A stretch of 64,000 bases of DNA from the IMG/VR virus record IMGVR_UViG_3300045974_000166, positions 64,001 through 128,000 of that record; one strand, 5' to 3'. This document shows positions 39,170 through 48,685 of the stretch, piece by piece. The notes below the pieces were generated by a model that was not told where the DNA came from, ran no database searches, and saw nothing but the letters and a program-made list of their open reading frames with translations. The DNA comes from a virus. Position 1 is the first letter of the stretch; each line of letters starts with the position of its first letter. The translations under genes and the position numbers were made by a program.

Positions 39170-39200
39170 ATAAGTATAGAATTAAATCGGAGTATAAAAT

Positions 39201-40883
39201 ATGGCAATTTATCAACAATCCCCAGGTGTACAAGTAGTTGAAAAAGATGCTTCAGCCGTTACGGTTGGGCTATCTACCACTATCGGTGCATATGTAGGAT
39301 CATTCCAGTGGGGTCCTGTGTTGAACCCTATGTTAGTGTCCAATGAAGGTGACTTAGTCAAAATCTTTGGTACTCCAGATACTAATACATATTCACACTT
39401 CTTTTCGGCGGCAAACTTCTTGTCTTATACCAATGCAATGTGGGTAACACGAGTTGTTGGTGCATCGGCATCTAATGCTTCCGTTGCTGGTTCTGCACTG
39501 TTGATTTCTAACTTTGACAACTATCAAGCATCTTTTTCATCGGGTGTTAACACCTACGGTACATTTGCTGCTCGGTATCCTGGTTCTAAAGCAAATGGTC
39601 TGAAGGTTTCTATTGCTGACTCTGCAACATTTGCACAATGGCCTTATGCAAATCTATTCTCTGCAGCACCAGGCACCTCTGACTATGCCCTTTCTAAGGG
39701 TGGTTCAAACGATGAACTCCATGTTATCGTTATCGATGCTCTTGGTAAATTTACAGGTTCTCCTGGTGCAGTCTTGGAAAAATATGACTTCCTTTCTAAG
39801 GCTTCTGATGCCATTTCATACCAAGGAACAAACAACTACTATGTTTCGGTTCTAGCTAATCGTTCTTCATATGTCTATTGGATGTCTCATGACGTCGATG
39901 GTGCAAACTGGGGTGGCATTGCTACCAATACGGCATTTGCAGCATTATCTGGAGTTCCTACTGACTTTGTCTATACTCTTTCCGGTGGCGTAGATAATAA
40001 TGCCGTATCCGACGGCAACCTACAACTTGGTTGGGATCTATTCTTGGATTCTCAAACATATGATGTAAGCCTATTAGTGACTGGTAATGCTTCTGAAGCA
40101 CTTTCTGCCTACGTTGTCAACAACATTGCAGCTGTTCGTAAAGATTGTGTTGCATTTACTTCGATCTGCAAGACTGGTGCTCCAATTCTAGGTACATCTT
40201 CTACTCGCATTGCTGATGCTAAGGCATTTAAAACATTCGATTCTTCATATGCAGTAATCGATTCTGGTTACAAGTACATGTATGATAAGTACAATGACAA
40301 ATACCGTTGGATCGCTCTAAATGCCGATACCGCTGGTCTTTGCGCTAAAGTTGATGCAACAAACGACACATGGTCTTCTCCTGCCGGTATGACCAAGGGT
40401 CAGATCAAGGGTGCCGTGAAGCTTGCTTGGAACCCAACTCAAGCCGAACGTGATCAATTGTATCCAGCAGCTATTAATCCAGTTATCAACCAAGTTGGTA
40501 AGGGTACTATTCTATTTGGTGACAAGACTGCCACTACTAAGCCATCGGCATTTGATCGCATCAATGTACGCCGGTTATTCTTGATTCTTGAAAAATCGAT
40601 TGCCAACTCTGCTAAGTATCAACTGTTCGAACTTAATGATGCAATCACTCGGCTCCAATTTATTGCTTCGGTTGAACCATTCCTGCGCGATGTTAAAGGT
40701 CGACGCGGCGTGCAAGACTACAGAGTTATTTGTGATGAAACCAACAACACCCCACAAGTTGTTGCTACTAACAATTTTGTTGGTACTATCTTGATCAAGC
40801 CTAACTACTCGATCAACTTCATTACTCTGAACTTTACTGCTGTTGGTCCTAATGTTTCATTCGAAATTGCCGCAGGCGTTTAA
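39201..40883 (+). CDS. gp18: Tail sheath gp18
   Basis: SPGVQVVEKD..FQWGP; WSSPAG..LFGDKT..SAFDRINVRRLFL..IKPNYSINFITLNF. Confidence 0.95.
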   Translation: MAIYQQSPGVQVVEKDASAVTVGLSTTIGAYVGSFQWGPVLNPMLVSNEGDLVKIFGTPDTNTYSHFFSAANFLSYTNAMWVTRVVGASASNASVAGSALLISNFDNYQASFSSGVNTYGTFAARYPGSKANGLKVSIADSATFAQWPYANLFSAAPGTSDYALSKGGSNDELHVIVIDALGKFTGSPGAVLEKYDFLSKASDAISYQGTNNYYVSVLANRSSYVYWMSHDVDGANWGGIATNTAFAALSGVPTDFVYTLSGGVDNNAVSDGNLQLGWDLFLDSQTYDVSLLVTGNASEALSAYVVNNIAAVRKDCVAFTSICKTGAPILGTSSTRIADAKAFKTFDSSYAVIDSGYKYMYDKYNDKYRWIALNADTAGLCAKVDATNDTWSSPAGMTKGQIKGAVKLAWNPTQAERDQLYPAAINPVINQVGKGTILFGDKTATTKPSAFDRINVRRLFLILEKSIANSAKYQLFELNDAITRLQFIASVEPFLRDVKGRRGVQDYRVICDETNNTPQVVATNNFVGTILIKPNYSINFITLNFTAVGPNVSFEIAAGV

Positions 40884-40910
40884 TAAATAAGATAACTTAA
40901 GGAAATAAAC

Positions 40911-41456
40911 ATGGCACGTATCGATGATTTCAGAGCATTTTTAACACATGGTGGTGCTCGCCCTACGCAATTCAGAGTAAATCTGGCTTTCCCTCAGGCA
41001 ATTGGTGTACAACAAAATGGTGCCGGTATTTCTGGCGTCTTTATGTGTACGGCCACTTCGTTGCCTGCTTCGACACTCCAATCTATTGATGTACCTTACC
41101 GTGGCCGGACTGTGAAGTTGGCTGGCGAACGTGTATTCCAAAATTGGCAAGTTCGTGTGCTCAATGACTCAAATTTCTTAATCCGTAAAGCTATGGAATC
41201 TTGGTCTTCTAAGATTCTTGGCCACGAAAGCACTAGTGGAGTTGTTGTACCTACTCTATATGCAGTTGATATGGAAGTAGTTCAGCTTGACCGGAATGAT
41301 ATGGAACTTAGAAAATATAGATTCCATAATTGCTTCCCAACTAACATCTCTGAAATTTCTCTTGACTTTGGTCAAATCACTCAGATCGAAGAATTCTCTG
41401 TTGAATTCTCTGTTGATTACTGGACTGTAGATTCTGGCGACGTACAAATCTATTAA
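40911..41456 (+). CDS. gp19: Tail tube gp19
   Basis: GGARPTQF..VPYRGRTVKLAGERVF..FPTNISEISLD..EEFSVEFSVDYW. Confidence 0.95.
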   Translation: MARIDDFRAFLTHGGARPTQFRVNLAFPQAIGVQQNGAGISGVFMCTATSLPASTLQSIDVPYRGRTVKLAGERVFQNWQVRVLNDSNFLIRKAMESWSSKILGHESTSGVVVPTLYAVDMEVVQLDRNDMELRKYRFHNCFPTNISEISLDFGQITQIEEFSVEFSVDYWTVDSGDVQIY

Positions 41457-41465
41457 GCTTGACAG

Positions 41466-43058
41466 ATGGCAAATAATAATGAATCGAATGGATTGAGTTT
41501 ATTTGGTTTCAACATCACTAAAAATAAAATCAAAGATGTTGAAACCAAATCTTTTGTTGCTGCAACAGATATAGAAGGTGGCATTGAAGTTGCAACCGGC
41601 TCTGGTGCTGGCTTTAATTCCTATTCAATTGATCTAGATCCTTCTGCAATAAAGAATGAGATTGAGCTAATTGGAAAATACCGTGAAATTTCTCTTGTTG
41701 CAGATATAGATCTTGCTGTATCTGAAATCATTGATGAATTCATGGTCATTGATGAAATCGAAGATCTTGTTACGATCGATTTCCAAGCAGAGTTCGACGA
41801 AAAGTATTCTAAGAAAACCAAAGAGGCAATTTCAGAAGAATTCAAGAATATTCTTGATCTGTTGAAGTTCCAACAAGTTGGTCCAGATATTGCACGGAAT
41901 TGGTACATCGATGGTAGATTAGCATACCACAAAATTGTAGACAAGGAAAAGTCCAAAGAAGGCATTAAAGAACTTCGGCCAATTGACGTTGCAAAACTTA
42001 AGCGTATTATTGAGATCAAAAAAGAAGTTGATCCAAAGTCTGGTATTTCTCTAGTTATAGGTCAGTCAGATTACTATATCTTTTCCGATATCCAGAAGAA
42101 TTCTACTACAGGTCTTCAGGGTGATCAGAAGCAAGGTATCAAGATTGCCCCAGAGTCTATTGCCTATATTACTTCTGGACTCATTGACAGAAATTCAAAT
42201 ATGTCGCTGTCTTATCTCCATAAGGCAATTCGACCACTGAACCAACTTCGTATGATGGAAGACTCAGATGTTATCTATCGTCTGACTCGTGCTCCACAAC
42301 GCCGTATTTTCTACATTGACACCTCTGGTATGGCTCGTACTAAGGCCGAACAGTACATCAAAGATGTCATGGCTCGGTACAAGAATAAGCAAGTGTATGA
42401 CGTCAACACCGGTACAGTTAAAGATGCAAAGAACCACCAGTCTATCTTAGAGGATTTCTTCCTTCCACGTACTACCGGTGGCAAGGGAACTGAAATTACT
42501 ACTTTGGATGGAGCTCCAAGTCTTGGTTCTATTGAGAATACTCAGTACTTCCAACAGAAGCTATATCAATCGTTGAACATTCCAATGACTCGCCTACAAC
42601 AAGGTCAGGGTTCATTCAACATTGGTCGGACGAATGAAATTACTCGCGATGAAATTAAGTTTGCGAAGTTCATTGCTAAACTTCGATTACGGTTTAACAA
42701 TCTATTCTTTGACTTGCTCAAGACCCAACTTCTGCTCAAGGGTATTGCCTCTGCTGAGGACTGGGCTCTTATCAAAGAAAATCTTCGGTTCCGTTATGCC
42801 AAGGATAACTTCTTTGCAGAACTCAAAGAATCTGACATGCTTCGTGAACGTCTACAGAATGTCCAGATTGCCGACATGTACACAGGCAAGTACTACTCTA
42901 AAGAATATGTCATGCGCTCTATGTTGAAGCTGACTGATGAAGAGATTGATGACATGGTAGAACAAATGGGCACAGAGAATGCAGCTGCGGCAAAATTAGC
43001 TGCTTCTCAACCTCAGCCCGATCAAAATGGTGCGGCCGCTGCACCACAGCAACAATAA
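41466..43058 (+). CDS. gp20: Portal protein gp20
   Basis: WYIDGR..SYLHKAIRPLNQLRMMEDS..IYRLTRAPQRRIFYID..EDFFLPR..EITRDEIKFAKFI. Confidence 0.97.
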   Translation: MANNNESNGLSLFGFNITKNKIKDVETKSFVAATDIEGGIEVATGSGAGFNSYSIDLDPSAIKNEIELIGKYREISLVADIDLAVSEIIDEFMVIDEIEDLVTIDFQAEFDEKYSKKTKEAISEEFKNILDLLKFQQVGPDIARNWYIDGRLAYHKIVDKEKSKEGIKELRPIDVAKLKRIIEIKKEVDPKSGISLVIGQSDYYIFSDIQKNSTTGLQGDQKQGIKIAPESIAYITSGLIDRNSNMSLSYLHKAIRPLNQLRMMEDSDVIYRLTRAPQRRIFYIDTSGMARTKAEQYIKDVMARYKNKQVYDVNTGTVKDAKNHQSILEDFFLPRTTGGKGTEITTLDGAPSLGSIENTQYFQQKLYQSLNIPMTRLQQGQGSFNIGRTNEITRDEIKFAKFIAKLRLRFNNLFFDLLKTQLLLKGIASAEDWALIKENLRFRYAKDNFFAELKESDMLRERLQNVQIADMYTGKYYSKEYVMRSMLKLTDEEIDDMVEQMGTENAAAAKLAASQPQPDQNGAAAAPQQQ

Positions 43059-43097
43059 ATAGTATAACAAACAACAAGCAACAAGGGTGTAACGAAC

Positions 43098-44987
43098 ATG
43101 AATTTCCTAGACCAAATCTATCAAGACAAAGAAGAAGCTAAAGCCACTCTTACCAACGTGCTAAACCAAAAAGCATTTAGCCTACTAGATACATATGCCG
43201 ACAATTCGGAAGTTGAAGTAGTTACTTTTGAAGATGAAGAAGTTGCCAACGAAGAATTTGAACTTGAAGGTGTCGAACTCACCGAAGAACAACTCAACGA
43301 ATTTGAAGGTCTTAATTACACCATCGGTGGTAAAGTAGATAAAGATCATGTGTACCATGTACACCGTCAATCGAGAACAGCCAATGGCCCAGAATGGGAG
43401 CACCATGAACGCGACGTCTATCATTCGTTAGCCGATGCAAAGAAAGTTGCCGCAAATATGGGTGGTAAGTTTACAAAAACCAAAATCACTCGTCATGCTC
43501 GTACTAAACTGGCTGGTCCAGTTGGTAAACTTCCAGAAGGAGTTGAAGAACTCGACGAAGGTCTAGGTTCTCTTGCTGGTCTTTCCAAGCACCTTATCAA
43601 AACAGTTACTAAAGATCCATACTCTGGTCGTAAAGCAGGTGAACACTCAGATGTGGTGACTCACCCAATTAAGAACAAATCGGCACATCGTGAAGTACTT
43701 AACAAAGCGCTCGATGACGGTCATGTACCAGTTGTGTATGTAAACGGTAAGATTCACTCGGCCGGCCACTCTACTGGTTCTTCATATGGTCGTCCTGAGT
43801 ATCATATCCATGATGCAGACAAGCAAAAAGAACAAAAAGAAACTAAGTATCCAAAGGCCTACAAATCTGGTGGTAAGTATATCTATCCTCCATCACATCA
43901 AATTTCAAACCCTCGGTATAAGAAGGGTGATGCACTTGATCAATTGACTCCGGGTCATGAAGCTTCGTTCTACAAGGAAAACAAGGTCGAAGTTAAAGTT
44001 ATTCATCCAGACAAAGAACGCCTGGCAAAAATGAAGGCTCGTGGTGACAATCGTCCTCCAATGCAAGCCAACACAGTCAAGATGACTCCAGACGAAAAAG
44101 CTAAAAAGGGGTATTCTTACTCTGATTCTAAGACTGTTTCGCATACGCCAGAAGGCAACATGAAGGCAATCAAGGATGCAGCTGCACTTAAACTTGCCAC
44201 ACAGAAACTTGGTACCTCCGGTTCATCTGCCAATAAGAAGGCTATGGAACTTCATGCCGAACTTGGTAAACACCTTGCTGCTGGTAAACACACAGAAGCC
44301 ATCCGTGCTGCCAATGCTCTTTCCGATCATGTCCGTTCACAAGGTCTAGAAACTCATGCCGACAAGATCAAAGACTATGCTAGCACACTGAAAGATCTGA
44401 AGAATAACTGGGGCAACAAAGAATATGCTCACCAGAAACTTGCCAAGATGCGCGGTGAAAAGACCAATGAAGCAGAAGAATTGGTAGATGCTTTGGAAAC
44501 TATGCTTACTGAGATGTTGGACATCAATGAAGCAACTACGGTTGATAATACAGCAACAGCACTCCATACAGTATTGATCAATCAACATGCTAAAACTCCA
44601 GGTCATGGTCTAGATAAATTAGCTAATAGTGTTAGATCTTCTGTTTCTAAAGCTACATCACCTTTGGATCTTCATGCACGCCATGCAGCCGCTGTAAAGA
44701 AAATTGAAGCACATTACACAGAACACAATCTAGGTAAACCTGCTCTTCAAGGTGCAAAGTCTTGGCTTCCAAAAGCTAATGAAGAAGTAGATGAAGATGC
44801 CGAACAGATTGACGAACTCTCTAAAAAGACTCTTAAGTCTTACATCAAAAAAGCTAAGGCAGATTTTAAAGCTAAGACATCATATGACGACCATGACGGT
44901 TATGATTTTGCCCCAGGTGTATCACCTCAGAAAATGATGAAACGTTCAGAAACTATTGATGCTGCTAAAGCACAAGTAAAGAAATAA
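43098..44987 (+). CDS. Prohead core protein (gp67-like N-terminus) fused to modular basic domains
   Basis: Acidic N-terminus directly after gp20, then modules separated by QLNE, EELDE, DINE, QIDE. Confidence 0.6.
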   Translation: MNFLDQIYQDKEEAKATLTNVLNQKAFSLLDTYADNSEVEVVTFEDEEVANEEFELEGVELTEEQLNEFEGLNYTIGGKVDKDHVYHVHRQSRTANGPEWEHHERDVYHSLADAKKVAANMGGKFTKTKITRHARTKLAGPVGKLPEGVEELDEGLGSLAGLSKHLIKTVTKDPYSGRKAGEHSDVVTHPIKNKSAHREVLNKALDDGHVPVVYVNGKIHSAGHSTGSSYGRPEYHIHDADKQKEQKETKYPKAYKSGGKYIYPPSHQISNPRYKKGDALDQLTPGHEASFYKENKVEVKVIHPDKERLAKMKARGDNRPPMQANTVKMTPDEKAKKGYSYSDSKTVSHTPEGNMKAIKDAAALKLATQKLGTSGSSANKKAMELHAELGKHLAAGKHTEAIRAANALSDHVRSQGLETHADKIKDYASTLKDLKNNWGNKEYAHQKLAKMRGEKTNEAEELVDALETMLTEMLDINEATTVDNTATALHTVLINQHAKTPGHGLDKLANSVRSSVSKATSPLDLHARHAAAVKKIEAHYTEHNLGKPALQGAKSWLPKANEEVDEDAEQIDELSKKTLKSYIKKAKADFKAKTSYDDHDGYDFAPGVSPQKMMKRSETIDAAKAQVKK

Positions 44988-44996
44988 GAGAAAAAT

Positions 44997-45539
44997 ATGC
45001 GAGTTACAACTTTACCCCGTGTAATTACTATTTCTAGTGCAACTTCGGATGCCACTACGACTACGATAACTACGACTGCATCTCACCTAATGGTAACGGG
45101 GGATGTAGTATCATTTCCTGGTTCTGTAAGTTTTAGAACAGCTACTGTTACTGGTGCAACAACTTTCACTGTGTTGAACCTTCCGACTACTGTCGGCCAA
45201 TCTTTAATCTATACACCAACGGGTGAAGTTTACATCAATGAACTCCGGACTGCTCTAGATGTATCACGTGCTATGGAAGCACCTTCATCTGCTAACAACT
45301 CATCTACTTTCCAAGTCATTGGCTCAACTACTGCAGCAGCAGGTGCCGTTTCTGTTGACATTGAAGTATCAAACAACAATGTTAACTGGTTGAAATTTTC
45401 GACGATTTCTTTAGTTCTTGCTACAACTGCTGCTACAGATGGAGTTGTATTAGATGCACCGTGGGGCTTTGTCCGCGCTAAAGTTGCATCAATCTCTGGT
45501 ACCGGCGCTAAAGTAACAGTTTTGCTTGGTAAGAATTAA
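44997..45539 (+). CDS. Putative head decoration/structural protein
   Basis: Thr/Val-rich beta protein inside the head module; VDIEVSNNNVNW. Confidence 0.45.
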   Translation: MRVTTLPRVITISSATSDATTTTITTTASHLMVTGDVVSFPGSVSFRTATVTGATTFTVLNLPTTVGQSLIYTPTGEVYINELRTALDVSRAMEAPSSANNSSTFQVIGSTTAAAGAVSVDIEVSNNNVNWLKFSTISLVLATTAATDGVVLDAPWGFVRAKVASISGTGAKVTVLLGKN

Positions 45540-47266
45540 TGACTTTAACCGTTTTCAGTAAGTATACCAAGTATGCCTCTAGACAACTTGGTCAAGTACT
45601 GCCGAAGACTTTCCATTTTACTAAAAAGTCAATGATAGACGGAATGAATGCTCTGTCGCTTGATCTTAACTTTTTAAGTGGTATATTGGATCCGCGCATT
45701 ACATTTGCAAGAGCTGATCTAACAAGTTGTGCCACGTATTTTAACTCTGCTGGTCTACTTACGACAGCTGCTGCAAATATTCCTAGATTTGAATATAATC
45801 CGAATGTGCCAGCTGGCACATATACAACTGAATACGTGCCAAATGGTACATTTGCTAATGCTACGGATTGGGCCCTGGGTGCCGGCATTACTATTTCTGG
45901 TGGTACTCTAAATTTTACTGCCGTAGCTTCCGGTACACCGGCATCATCTGCAACTACTGCCGCCGCGGCCGGCATGCAATTGGGTCGGACATATAAATTA
46001 ACAGTTGATGCAACTATTACTTCTGGATCATACCATTTTTGGACTGCTGGTGCTGCGGCCCTAACATACGTAACTACTAATGGTACGATCACCGTATATT
46101 ATTTGTGTAGTAACCTGGCGCAACCAGTCATACAAGTTCAAGCCATGGCAGCAAATAGTACTGCCACTTTTGACAATATTTCTATTAAAGAAGTATATTT
46201 TACTCCACAGGGATTGTTGTTAGAGGAAGGTCGTACTAACTTACTTCTTCAATCTCGTGATTCTACTAATGTAGCATGGACTAAAGTAGATATAGCGGCT
46301 CCGGCACGAAATCAATTAGGTATTGATGGTGTAGCAAATACCGCTATGTATATTGCCGAAGGTGTTGCACTCACCGGAGCTCTAAGACAATCTGCTACTA
46401 TTGTTGCAGCATCTACAGTAACATTTAGCGCAATATTCAAACGTACTGGAGCCCAGGCCTGGTTTCGCATGCGCGTGTGGGATGGAACTACTGTCGGCGC
46501 AGATGCTTGGTTTGATATCCTGAATGGGGTAAAAGGTGCGGCAACTGCCTTGGGTACGGCAACCGTCGTATCAAGTAGAATTACCGCGCTTGGTAACGGA
46601 GCCTATAGATGCAGTGTTACCGCCACATTGACTGGTTCTGCTTTAACTACATGCCAGGTTGAAGTTTCTAGTGCTTTGGCTAATAGTAGTGCAGTTCGCG
46701 TAGCTAGTGCTAATTACTATATGGATTATGCGCAACTAGAGGTAGGTGGTTTTCCTACGGCTCCTATTGCAACTACAACGGCCGCGGTAGGTCGGGTCGA
46801 TGACAGCGCAATAATGTCGGGTGTAAACTTTACAAGTTGGTTTACCGGTGGATCTAACGGTACTATCTTTATGTCTCATACAATTGATCTGGGATTTAAT
46901 GCAAACCGGAACTATGGATGGGCAATTGATGATGGTGGATTAAATCGTCTTGCTTATAGAGCAGCTAATACAAGTGGCGGTATCGGTGTCTGTATTATTG
47001 GAAATGGTGTGTCGGTACCTGTGATAAATACCACGGCACCAACGCTGACGAGTATAAATAATGTAGCACTTACTTATACTTCGACAGATGCATCTGCAGC
47101 CGTAAATGGAGCAATTACTGGTACAATGGCTACAGGTTATGTTCCAATTGCCGAAACTCAGATAACTTTTGGTTCTATTGGTAATAATCTAAATGGTCAT
47201 ATCCGTAGATTTAGTTACTACACCGTTCGACTTACAGATTCTACTATCCAATCGTTAACATTGTAA
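45539..47266 (+). CDS. Head fibre/spike-like protein with carbohydrate-binding/LamG-like beta-sandwich domains
   Basis: SLDLNF..ITFARA..ATYFN..PRFEY; GLLLEEGRTNLL; AQLEVGGFPTAPIAT; LNGHIRRFSYY. Confidence 0.6.
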   Translation: MTLTVFSKYTKYASRQLGQVLPKTFHFTKKSMIDGMNALSLDLNFLSGILDPRITFARADLTSCATYFNSAGLLTTAAANIPRFEYNPNVPAGTYTTEYVPNGTFANATDWALGAGITISGGTLNFTAVASGTPASSATTAAAAGMQLGRTYKLTVDATITSGSYHFWTAGAAALTYVTTNGTITVYYLCSNLAQPVIQVQAMAANSTATFDNISIKEVYFTPQGLLLEEGRTNLLLQSRDSTNVAWTKVDIAAPARNQLGIDGVANTAMYIAEGVALTGALRQSATIVAASTVTFSAIFKRTGAQAWFRMRVWDGTTVGADAWFDILNGVKGAATALGTATVVSSRITALGNGAYRCSVTATLTGSALTTCQVEVSSALANSSAVRVASANYYMDYAQLEVGGFPTAPIATTTAAVGRVDDSAIMSGVNFTSWFTGGSNGTIFMSHTIDLGFNANRNYGWAIDDGGLNRLAYRAANTSGGIGVCIIGNGVSVPVINTTAPTLTSINNVALTYTSTDASAAVNGAITGTMATGYVPIAETQITFGSIGNNLNGHIRRFSYYTVRLTDSTIQSLTL

Positions 47267-47270
47267 CATC

Positions 47271-47278
47271 ATTAAATA
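47271..47278 (+). promoter_or_regulatory. Late promoter-like motif ATTAAATA
   Basis: Intergenic, upstream of the 47286 ORF and gp21. Confidence 0.6.
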
Positions 47279-47285
47279 AGATAAA

Positions 47286-47618
47286 ATGAATAAAGAATTA
47301 AAACCAATCCAAGAAGCATATAATCTTATGCTTGAAAGTTCTTTTGCCGCGGCAAACAAAATAGAGCACCCTGTCGAAAAACAGTGGCATCACTCAATTT
47401 TGTCTAAACACGGCTTTGAGCCAGATGAAGATTCAAAAGTAAAAACAGGTTTAGTTCGTTCATATAGTTATACTCATCCAAAAACTGGTGATAAAATTAA
47501 AGTAGCTACCGGTGCAAATGCTGATTATTGGGATGACAAGAAAAACAACAAACATGGCTATTGGCGCGAACTGGAATCGCATGCAAAGTCTCTAGTTGCT
47601 GCACACGAAGGTAAATAA
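47286..47618 (+). CDS. Small putative internal head protein
   Basis: N-terminal IQEAYNLMLE, then a basic/His-rich domain. Confidence 0.55.
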   Translation: MNKELKPIQEAYNLMLESSFAAANKIEHPVEKQWHHSILSKHGFEPDEDSKVKTGLVRSYSYTHPKTGDKIKVATGANADYWDDKKNNKHGYWRELESHAKSLVAAHEGK

Positions 47619-47619
47619 G

Positions 47620-48270
47620 ATGAAATTCCTCACAGAAGTATTAAATGATCCATTAAGTCTCTTGATGGAAGCTGGTGCCGATGGCAAAAAGAACTTGTAC
47701 ATTCAAGGTCCATTTGCCGTGGCCGAATCAAAGAATAAAAATGGTCGCATCTATAAGAAGGAAATTCTTGAAGCTGCTATCAACAAGTATGACACAGATT
47801 ATATCAAGAACGCCAAGGCACTAGGTGAGATGAATCACCCACCACGTCTGAATATTGACTACGAACGTGCCACCCACATGATCACAGAGATGAAACAAGA
47901 TGGTAACATCTGGATCGGTAAAGCTAAGGTGTTAAATACACCCATGGGCTCGATCCTGAAGGGTTTGCTTGAGTCTGGTGTGAATGTTGGTGTTTCTACT
48001 CGTGGTGCTGGTTCTATTACCGAAGCCAATGGTATTAAACATGTCGGTTCGGACTTTTTCCTAACTGCTGTTGATGCTGTATCTGATCCTTCCGGTCCAG
48101 GTTGCATAGTAAATGGTATCATGGAAGGCTATGAATATGATCTAGACTCAAAAGGTCAGGCGATCATCGAAGACATTGCAGCACGCGCCAAGAAAGATTA
48201 CGACAAGAAGGTACTTACGGAAGCACGTAAGATTGAGTTATTCAAACAGTTATTGGAAGCTATCAAATGA
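47620..48270 (+). CDS. gp21: Prohead protease gp21
   Basis: NKNGRIY..ALGEMNHP..GVSTRGAGS..DAVSDPS; ATG at 47620. Confidence 0.95.
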   Translation: MKFLTEVLNDPLSLLMEAGADGKKNLYIQGPFAVAESKNKNGRIYKKEILEAAINKYDTDYIKNAKALGEMNHPPRLNIDYERATHMITEMKQDGNIWIGKAKVLNTPMGSILKGLLESGVNVGVSTRGAGSITEANGIKHVGSDFFLTAVDAVSDPSGPGCIVNGIMEGYEYDLDSKGQAIIEDIAARAKKDYDKKVLTEARKIELFKQLLEAIK

Positions 48271-48593
48271 ACCATCCAGAAATTAAATTAATCTCTGAAG
48301 CATATATGTCTATGCTTAGACCAAAATCTTCGGAAGTTTCTTCTCAAATTACTGCTCTTCTTGAATATCATGCAACAGGTACAGTATCTGGGGCAAAATT
48401 TCATGTAAAATATGCAGATTATCCATCTAATGCTGATATTGCTAAACAGAATAAACATTTAAGTAAAGATCAAGTAAACGCAGTCGGTGATCACATTGAA
48501 GCTCACTCAGAGGATGATTTCACTGGGACTAAATCCATACAAAATGGGCATAAAGTTCATGTTACTGCAAACGGTGGTTATCATGATGATTAA
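48267..48593 (+). CDS. Small putative internal head protein
   Basis: N-terminal ISEAYMSML, similar to ORF 47286. Confidence 0.55.
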   Translation: MNHPEIKLISEAYMSMLRPKSSEVSSQITALLEYHATGTVSGAKFHVKYADYPSNADIAKQNKHLSKDQVNAVGDHIEAHSEDDFTGTKSIQNGHKVHVTANGGYHDD

Positions 48594-48654
48594 CCATAAG
48601 AAAATCAATCATAAATAGATTGAGTATTAATAACAGATGCACATTTTTGAAAAG

Positions 48655-48662
48655 ATTAAATA
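48655..48662 (+). promoter_or_regulatory. Late promoter-like motif ATTAAATA (second ATAAATA at 48611-48617)
   Basis: Intergenic, upstream of gp22-gp23. Confidence 0.65.
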
Positions 48663-48685
48663 AATCATAATTCGGAGAATTAAAC

